Assembly: GCF_006345805.1 (NCBI RefSeq)
Contig: NC_043006.1
Coordinates: 57,226,001 to 57,290,000, forward strand
DNA from: Octopus sinensis
Lineage: Eukaryota
Direction: 5' to 3'
DNA length: 64,000 bases
The position numbers were made by a program, and so were the translations under genes. Below, one piece after another: positions 55,021 to 64,000 of the stretch (its first letter is position 1; every line of letters starts with the position of its first letter). Below the pieces are notes generated by a model that was not told the DNA's origin, searched no databases, and worked only from the letters and a program-made list of their open reading frames with translations.

Positions 55021-55232
55021 CCCTTTAGCATTCAGATTACTTTTATGAAATGTTATGCTTATTTATTCACATAGTATTGAATTAATCATGTATTACTTTG
55101 TAGCTTCATGATTTCAAATGAAATGATTGTTTACTTTTAGAATGACATTGTAGAGTATGTGCGAGAGGTTAGATCTGGCTGGTTTGATTAAAAACTGGTA
55201 GAATATTCCGACCCGGTTTAAATGCTAAAGGG
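55021..55232. mobile_element. piggyBac-type MITE
   Basis: TIRs ccctttagcatt / aatgctaaaggg; TTAA on the left, tcaa on the right. Confidence 0.7.
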
Positions 55233-55699
55233 TCAAGTATCAATGCGTGTACGTGTATGTGTGTGTGTATGTGTGTGTGGTATTCTTTCCAATTTGTTAA
55301 ATCGTAAATATAGATATAAATGTAAGATTTATTTAAATCTTAAATAAATCTTAAATTTATCGTATATAAATTTGTGATTATTCCAGTTTTCATGTCAATG
55401 TTTCATTACCTAAAATGCTTATTATTTTTCAGCTGTCCTATTTGCATTGCAGGTTTTCCTTACACAACCAAGCACATCTCTGTGCCTCTTGTTTATGCAC
55501 AGTTCTTTGCCTTGGTATAGTGTTTTTGTTCTTTTGAAATACGTCTTACATATGTGCGTAGAGTCTGGTACCTTATATATACCTAAAATAATCTTTCCGA
55601 GTTCAAATCCCACCAAGGCTAGTTTTGCCTTTCCTTCAATCAGTGGCCGATAAAATAAAGTATCTCTCAAGTACTAGAGCCAATTTTATTTATTTTTAT

Positions 55700-55973
55700 T
55701 TATGCGTCCTTTTCAAGCCTAGCCAAGCTCATGGGCCCGGTTTCCCGGTTTCTATGGCGTATGTGTTCCCCCCAGCTGGACGGGACGCCAGTCCATCGCA
55801 GCCTTACTAAGAAACAGGAAGAAAGAGTGAGAGAAAGTGGGGGCAAAAGAGTACAACAGGGGTCGTCACCACCCCCTGTCGGAGCCTCGTGGAGCTTTAG
55901 GTGTTTTCGCTCAATAAACACACACAACCGACCGCGAGTCCGCTGCCCTAACCACTGAGCCATTGCGCCTCCA
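55700..55973 (-). mobile_element. SINE family C nested in a family A copy
   Basis: Reverse match to 8751-9069; TSD tactagagccaat / tactagaaccaat. Confidence 0.88.
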
Positions 55974-56039
55974 CTACTAGAACCAATGGTATCGACAAAA
56001 TTTTGGTTTTGTACGTAAATTACAAATCATTAATATTGG

Positions 56040-56711
56040 CAATATTGCTAGAGCTTCGGAAAATATGCTTTGTTCCGGCTCCCTAGTTTCTGAGATGAAA
56101 TTTCTCCGACGTCAGCTTTGTCTTTTGTCTTTTCAGGATCAATAAAAAAAATGTACCAGACAAGTTCTAGGGTCGGTGGTATGGACTAACCCTTTACCCG
56201 CAAAACTGTTGGCCTTGTGCATCAATCAGAAACCATTATTGCTTTTATTATCACAACTACCAATACTACCAATATTCACCACCACCACCATCAACACCAT
56301 CATCATCTCCACCACCTCTACCACCACCACCACCATCAACTTTATCATCACCATTATCATCACCATTATCATCATCATCATCATCAAGTTAGTGGATTGG
56401 TAGAATCGTTAGATAGTCGGAGAAAATATCTTGCAGTATGTCTTCCAACTGTTTACGTTCCAAGTTCAAGTCCTGCCGAGGTCAACTTTGCCTTTCATCC
56501 TTTCGGGATCGATAAAATAAAGTAACAGTTACATACTAGGAGTGGTGTCGATCGTATTTATTTACCCTTCCACTTAAAAGTGTTGGTTTGTGACTAAATT
56601 AGAAACTACTAGAAATTATCATAATCGTCATCATCCTCGTCGTCGTCTTTGTCATCGTCGTCGTTGCTGTCGTTGTCGACGTCGTAGACCTCATCCACGT
56701 CATCGTCGTCG

Positions 56712-56776
<65 letters not shown>

Positions 56777-57340
56777 GTCGTCGTCGTCATCATAGTCATC
56801 ATTATCATCATAGTAGTGAGGAAATGTTTTCTGCCGGAGGAAATGTTTTCTGGCTTTTAACTTTCTGAATTCAGATCCGAACAGAGTCAATTTTAACATT
56901 CGTCCCTATCGAGGTCGATAAAATAAAGTACGATTCAAATACCGGAGTTGATTGCTCACCTTGTGTCTAAATTATCATTATCATCGTCATCGTTGTCATG
57001 ATCATAACCTTTCTTCTCCCGCTTACCCCTGTTCCTCCTTCCTCACTCTCTTTTTCCTCCTCCTCCTCCCCCTCATCATCATCATCATCATCACTAAGGT
57101 AGCAAGCATGCAGAGTTGTTAACGTGCCGGGCAAAATGCTTATTGGTATTTGTTCCAAGTCTTTACATTCTGAATCCATTTATCGCCTTTGTCCTTCATC
57201 TTTTTGGGGGTCGATAAAATAAGTACCAGTTGAGTACTGAGGTCTATGTGATCGACTGTCACCCTCCCCACTGGGAGTCGATTTAGTCGACCTGTGTTTC
57301 TCCTCAAAATGACAGGTCCTGTGCCCCAAATTAGAAAGAA
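56040..57340 (+). mobile_element. Cluster of about four SINE family A copies interleaved with (CAC)/(CAT)/(CGT) repeats
   Basis: Cores near 56040, 56385, 56810 and 57095. Confidence 0.7.
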
Positions 57341-57384
57341 TTATTATGGGTGTTTCACGGAACTGGTGCTTTCTATCATAACCA

Positions 57385-59500
57385 CAACTTGGATCTAGGA
57401 CGAGGAGCATTTTGTGCTTCTTTTGTAGAAAAGCGTTTTTTCCTGATTTTCATGCCTGTTTCTACATTCTGTTGGGAACTTTTGGGATAAATTTGGTTGA
57501 ACCTAATGAACACGTTTTCTGCCCTGCATTTACTTCCAGATTAAAATCAAGTTTTACAAGGTTTGTTCTTATATTTTTTGACACACTTCACAAGGCTCCA
57601 ATAGTAATCGGCACCGTCATCACCTTGTTAATTTCTATGTTTTAGCACGTGAGGATTTCATACTTTAATTCGACATTATACTCTACCCTCGTCGCCATTT
57701 TATTTATTTATTTTTTTTACTCTGAAACCAAATGTGCAGGCCACGTCAATTAAAATACAATGTTAGTTGTCGACAACTTCAATATCGACTCTGTTGTATT
57801 CCGTTCTTTTTTTGATTTGTATGAGAAAATACCATCACAACTGCACTGCAATAGTTTTCGAGAGCCTGCATTCTGTTCCCACAAAGTGGCTATAGCTTTT
57901 TCCCGTGCATGCAAAGCCAAATTTCCTGCAAAAGTTTCACTGCGCTGTAACAGCAATCTGATCATGCCAATCCTTTTTTATATTCATTCTAAGATAGCTA
58001 TAGACATTCTGATACAGAGTGTGCTATGGTCTCATCTAAAATATTGCTCATCCTGCATTTGGGGGAGCAGTCTTGTTGATTTATCGTGTTTTTGATCAAG
58101 TTTACCCTCAAGGTCTGTTCGTATTCCATTGGTCTTCTTCTTCAATACCCCTTTCATTAGTCATAGTCAACTGTCTTTACCATCACACATATCTCTTTCG
58201 TTCGTATAAAATGCTGAGTGAAGCTTCTTTCCTTCAAAGTTGATTTCCTTTTTGCCGCATTATCCTTTTATCTTTTTTGGATTTAGTCCTTCACTTATTA
58301 TCTCCTTAAGAAGTGTTTCTTCCTTACCTTCTTCATAGAAACCCAGATCTATCTTCTCTAGTTCTACTTACCTCTTTAACATTCATTAACCTCTTTTTCT
58401 TTCTGCTCTTTTCCAGGACAACTGGTCCACATCAGACAAGAGGATACATGCTTCCTTCATGTCTGTACTTTTCATTTTGTCACTTTCTAGCATTCCCAGA
58501 CATATATATTTCTGCTGTTTTAAGATTTAATATTTTCTTCTCTAGGTAGGCCTATTCCAATATTTTTCATCGTTTTTCGGTCGATGTCTTTCTGCTCATC
58601 ATTTCTCCATTCACCAATTCCTACTTGCTGTCTTATTAGGTATACTGACTCTGAGTTGATTGCATTTACGATGATCCTCACTTTAAATTTTGATTTTCGA
58701 ATTTTCTTCATTCTGCGAAAATATTCTTTACTGAGATTTCCCTTCATGTCTGTACTTTTCATTTTGTCACTTTCTAGCATTCCTAGACATATATATTTCT
58801 GCTGTTTTAAGATTTAATATTTTCTTCATTAGGTTGGCCTATTCCACTATTTTTCATGGATTTTCCACGATTCATCTCTATCATTGTATATTTTTCGATA
58901 CCAAAAGTCATCTCATTGTCAGTACTGAATGTTTTCTCTGTTTGCATTAAGGAGTACAACTGGTTCTTGCTTTTGCCATATAGATTTAAATTAGTCATAA
59001 ATAAGAGATGATTCACTTTGATCCCATTCTTCCAAATGAGTATCCTTCCTTAGCTTTGTTTAGTATAGTCGAGCAATTACCAACATGCTGAGAGAACGGC
59101 TGTCACTTTGAAAGGTTCCTCTTCTAATTTGTATCTTTGTTTATCTTACCTTATCTGATGTTAACTTTACTTCCTAATGATGCATTGCATTTTCTAACTG
59201 GCACCAAGCCTTTATCGAGATTTTTAAGAGTTCGAGAAATCGTTTGCTTCATGGAGGTGATACTACGTCGTATGATTCTCTATAATCGGTCTACGCAATG
59301 CATAAATATGTCAACCATGAATTAGTCTTTTATTTGTCAACCATAAATTAGTCTTTCATTCCTCTGTTCGTTTTTTTTTTTCACAGCTTTTCTATCCAAC
59401 GGGCATTAGGTGATTTTATTTCCTAGGTGTTGATATACGTCTTCCGTTTTTTTCTACAGGCGTTTACACGTAATTGGTAGACACCTAATTGATCAGCAAT
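57385..59500 (-). pseudogene. Very degenerate R4/Dong-like LINE with an internal duplication and deletion
   Basis: MNHLLFMTNLNLYGKSKNQL, YFRRMKKI.KSK..VNAINS, and a GAL-type C-terminus near 57590. Confidence 0.65.
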
Positions 59501-59849
59501 TTGAGGCAGCCTTTCTTTTCAATTTATCTTTCAGCATTAGACAGGTTCTTCTTTTTTTAGCCACAGTGGTACTTTTCTTTTTACATGCACTCATTTAGCT
59601 TAATCACTATGGTTTCACGGAGGCTCGTGTTTTTTTAGCCAGTACCCATGGCTCACGTCTAGTCTTGCAGCTTTCCACTTTTCTATTTTGTTTGCAGATA
59701 TTTGCTTTTGTAATAACATCGATCTGCATCTCAGCATTTTCAGAGGAATATTCCACTCGCGTTATCCACTCTGCTTTTCGTGCTTGACATTCCCCCTAAC
59801 TCATCATCGTCGTCGTCGTGGTGGCCATTGTCATGAGGGTTTGAGGGAA

Positions 59850-60860
59850 GTAGAATGGCAGAACTGCTTTCGTTCCTCAAGCCGGCTTCCTGCGACCTTT
59901 CTGTTCTTCTGGCAGCAAATTATGGCTGTCATGATGCTCTCATCTCCATCGTAGCATATTTTGAGAGCCCAAACTCCATCTTAATATCATTGGAGAAAAT
60001 TCGCACAGACCGGACTAAGCTATGCCTCAGTTTTTGTGAATAGCTTCAGGTCATACATGAATAGCAAGTGGTTTAGTCTCCCCTTACCTCTTCCCAGATC
60101 ATACCCCAACTTTGTTTTCTGTAATATTTCACTCAAGGTGATCATTTCCAGCACGAACATCAGCGAGGACACACTGTATTCCCAGAAGATTCCTCTCTTG
60201 ATTTTCACCTCTCCTAGTACTTGCTTCCCTGCTGAAAACTCCGTTCTCCAGCATTTCATGCTATTCCATATAAGGCTTCTCATATTCTCTGCTACTCCAT
60301 ACATTTCCATTGTTCTTATTATCCAGCAGTGTGGTATCATATCGTATGCTTTGCGATAATCAACCCATGCCGTGTTCAGGTTTGTATATCTTCTCTTACA
60401 GTTCCTGATAATTAGATTATCAATTAAGAGCTGATCTTTCGTTCCCTGGCTCCTTTTTCGGCACCCTTTCTGTTCGATGGGTAGCAGCCCACTTTTTCCA
60501 AGTATCTGTACAGTTTACCGGCCAAAACGCCTGACATTAGTTTCCATATTAGCGGAAGGCATGTTATTGGTTTAAAGTTGGATGCGACATTTCCCTTTTC
60601 AGGATCCTTGGCATATAACAATGCCCTTCCCTTTGTCATCCAGCGGGTACTGCACCTTCCTGCAAGCACTCATCTAGCCATTGTGCCGTTCTTTCATGGA
60701 GTCTTCTCAGCTTTTTCATCCAACAACCTTCGACCCCACCCGGTCCTGGGCTCTTCTAATTTGAGAAATTTCTTGACTGCTTTTATTTTTCATAATTTCT
60801 ATAGTTATCTTTATGTCTTCTTGGACTTCTATATTTCATAACCTATCTTGGATTTCATGC
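59850..60860 (-). pseudogene. R4/Dong-like RT fragment
   Basis: [47 protein letters not shown]. Confidence 0.8.
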
Positions 60861-60879
60861 AGCCACTCCGCTTCATCAT

Positions 60880-61555
60880 TATGCTCACTTTCGACAATCT
60901 ATCCAGGCCATACTTAGACCCTTCTTCTTTCTGTGGCTGTCTTTATTTATGGCTTTATTGTTCAGTAGCTGATCTTTACAGCCGTATGAACCCTTACAGC
61001 ATCCCTTCTGCTCGTTTGGAAATAGGTTGGTTTCTCCCATATGTTTTCTTACTTTCTGCGATGTTATTGCAGTAACGGCTTTGTAAATTGTAGGGAGACA
61101 AGTTATCGGACTGTAATTTTGTTGGTCTGCCGTTTCGGTGGATTTGGGAATTAGGATAGTTTTCCCTTCTGTGAGCAATTCCGGTATTGTCTCTGGCTCT
61201 GCTAGAATTTCATTAAATTTCTCAGCCAGCGCTTTATGCATTCCTGTTAGATATTTTAACCAAAAGTTGGAGATCTTGTCGTGCTCGGTTGTCTTCCAGT
61301 TGCTTAGATTTTGCAGTGCCCTCTTCAGTTGTTATAGGAGTTCAGAGTCGTTCAGGTGCTGTGTTTGTTGTGTTGATAGATCTTTTCTGAGGTTGTTCTT
61401 TCGCTGACCATATTTCTTTCTAAAATTCTTCCACTTCTGTTGTTAGTGCTGCATTGATCTCGCCTAAAGCTTTCCTTCATCTCACTCTCCTTGATTTTGT
61501 CATATTCCAAAATAACCAGATACTTATATCCATCAGTCTCAATATCCTTGATTTT
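60880..61555 (-). pseudogene. Separate R4/Dong-like RT N-terminal fragment
   Basis: TEGKTILIPK..NYSPITCLPTIYK..EQKGCCKGSYGCKDQLL..AWIDCRK; repeats the domain already present at 60424-60669. Confidence 0.8.
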
Positions 61556-61560
61556 TATCC

Positions 61561-61612
<52 letters not shown>

Positions 61613-61613
<1 letters not shown>

Positions 61614-61905
61614 TCTGTTTGACTTTTGCTCTATGTTTGTACAAGTTGGCTCCAAGTCTCACCCAGAGACCTCAAGAGACAACAGGTTGGAAATTCACGT
61701 TGTTGTTATGCCTAGTGTGGCATATATTTGGAGGTTTTTTGGTGTTGTACTAGTGAATGTCTAATAAATAAAATTTTTTTTAAATGTTTGTTTTAAACCT
61801 TGAGATTACATAGAGAGTATTTTGCGTAGGATATGAGCAGTTCCCATGAGCACTATCTTTTGAATTTCTGCCATTTTGGGGTTTCCTGGTATCTGAGTTA
61901 GGTAG
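61613..61905 (-). pseudogene. R4/Dong-like 3' end and UTR between (ATT)n arrays
   Basis: Minus reading PGNPKMAEIQKIVLMGTAHILRKILSM*. Confidence 0.75.
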
Positions 61906-61968
61906 CAATTATTATTATTATTGAGTGAGAGGGCAGCGTATGCCTTCAAAATGACAGTGGGATAATAT

Positions 61969-62178
61969 TGTGGAAGGATTCCAGTCCCTCACCAAGTGAC
62001 TAAAGGTGGCCTGACTCATTGTTATAAAACAAAGAACTGTGACCGATTGGCAGTTCATGTTGGTAGCAGTTCACTGTGAGCCTTTGATATAGCGCATTGA
62101 ATCTCGTGTAATAGTAATTGTAGTGCGTTGTGTATATACTTTCTTCCCACTGCTTCGTTATATTATATATCTAATACA
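61969..62178 (+). mobile_element. Candidate 5' LTR of the gypsy element
   Basis: TG...CA boundaries; PBS-like tggcaatgag at 62185; no partner LTR inside the window. Confidence 0.5.
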
Positions 62179-62399
62179 AGGATATGGCAATGAGTTGTTC
62201 GAAGCTTGCACTGGACGTTAAAAAATTTCTTTTTGTTTTGGTACGAAGCCAAAGGAAATATCATTTAAGATGGAGAACTTATTCGCCTCCGTGGTGCAGT
62301 TGCAACAGCAACTACAGTAGCAAGAACAGCAGTTACAGCAGCAACTTCAACAGCAGCAGCAGCGACGGCGGCGGCAACTACGGCAGCAACAACAACAAA

Positions 62400-64000
62400 A
62401 CCAACAGTCGCTGGAATTAATGTTGAAGGAATCTCAAAATGCTTTACGTTCTACACACCAATAGAAATGATAGAAATTTATAAAGCAACAAAAATAATCT
62501 ACTTCAATTAAATAATTATAAGATCGAATTAATAAAAATACCCCAGCTGTAACTAAAGTACAAACTCAATTGAAGTATTCAGCTATAATCTAGAAGAAAG
62601 GATTACCTTCTCGGCATATTTCCGTAGATACGAAGAAATCGCCAAAGAAAAGAATTGAAGTTGATCCGACGAGAAAAAAGTACGACTACTTTTAAGAAAG
62701 TTATCCTTTGCCGAACACGAAAAATATAGTAATTATATTCTGTCCAAAGAAGCCAAGTGAGATTTGTTTCGATGAAACGATTAATATTTTATCGAAAATT
62801 TTCAGTGAAAGAAGTTCCCTGCTCAACACTCGCTGACAATATTTAAATTTGATCAAAAAAGATGATAAATATTTCGCCACCTATACCAGAGTGGTTAACA
62901 GAGAGTGTGAGAAATTCAAACTGAATGAGTTGACCCCGGAAATGTTCAAGTTTTTAATTTTTGTTCAAGGGCTTACTGCAAAGATGCAGATATACATTCC
63001 CGGATAATAACAAAATTAGAACAGGACCAAAATTTAACTCTGCATACAGTAGCAGAAGAATGTCAGAGGATTATTAATCTAAGACAATACACAAATAGAA
63101 TTGAAGAGAAAGATTACTCCCATATTCAAGCATGTCGACCGATAACGAATAAGGAAATAGAGAAAAAATATCAAGACCGAATCCATGTTATGGGTGCAGT
63201 GGTCTACATTTTAAAAATAATTGTCCGTTTAAAAATATGAAATACTATAAGTGTCGTAAAATAGGCCATATAAAGTCGCATTGTAGAACAGAACCCAAAA
63301 AGCGGCTCAATAGAAAAACATCACCTAAGCGGATTATTGGTGACAAAAAATACGAACGAGCCTCAAAGAAAATTTGTATATGTAAAAATCAATAACGCAA
63401 GCGTAAAGTTACAATTGGACACAGGCAGCGACATCTCAATAATTAACACAGATACATGGAAAAAAGATCAGGAAACCGAAATTAAATGAAACCTTGAAAA
63501 TTGCTAGTGATGTTTCAGGAAAAAAATTATATTTTAAGGGCGAATTGATAAGTAACATTACATTTCGTGAAAAAAAAAATAAAATAAAACTTAAAGGTTA
63601 AAGTTTTTGTGTTAAATAATACAACAAACTTGTTCGGTACTGACTGGATGGAATTGTTTAATTTATGGGACCTCCCCATAAATCTTTTCTGTAAAAAGAT
63701 GAATGGTTTTGACTCCAGTACAAATAAGTCGTCAGACGAAATGAAAAAAAAGTTAAAACATATTTTTCCTGGAGTTCTGTCCGATATATTAGGTCTGTGT
63801 ACTAAAACGAAGACACGATTTCAAATTCAAGAAAATACCATACTGTCATTTAAACAAAAACGAACGGTACCGTTCGCAATGTTATAACAGATAAACTTAG
63901 AGAGACAAGAAAAAATTGGAGTTATCCAAAAGGTGGAATACTCTGAATGAGTATCACCTACTGTGTTCGTTAAGAAATAGGATAATAAAATCTGAGTGTG
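62400..64000 (+). pseudogene. Ty3/gypsy gag-protease-RT remnant, running off the window
   Basis: LSFAEHEKYSNYIL..VNRECEKFKL..FLIFVQGL (gag), C..C..H..C knuckles, QLDTGSDISII (protease), VPFA..GVIQKVEYSE*VSP.V.VKK (RT start); many stops and frameshifts. Confidence 0.85.

Overview
A eukaryotic, repeat-saturated window with no recognisable host protein-coding exon, rRNA, tRNA gene or CRISPR array. Most ORFs in the supplied track are translated microsatellites. The repeat repertoire resembles what I recall from Octopus (coleoid cephalopod) genomes; this is an inference, not checked against any database. The dominant content is a dense nest of R4/Dong-like non-LTR retrotransposons (RT + CCHC + restriction-like endonuclease), by my rough sum about a third of the window. 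They belong to many diverged families, are all on the minus strand, and mostly sit at (ATT)n arrays; a related family sits at (TATG)n arrays. One copy (42027-45882) is near full length, with only two premature stops. Also present: a degenerate L1/Tx1 LINE, an RTE 3' end, a Penelope-like GIY-YIG remnant, a Ty3/gypsy 5' portion with a candidate LTR, Tigger and mariner remnants, hAT- and piggyBac-type MITEs, a ~310-bp fold-back palindrome and four tRNA-derived SINE families. Best leads: (1) a minimal type I hammerhead ribozyme in a short structured element inside a (TA)n array; (2) a SINE whose 3' tail matches the Tx1 LINE 3' end; (3) strongly polarised microsatellite targeting; (4) a 1.8-kb tandem duplication whose middle LINE copy looks like an unequal-crossover hybrid. 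All alignments and boundaries were read by eye.
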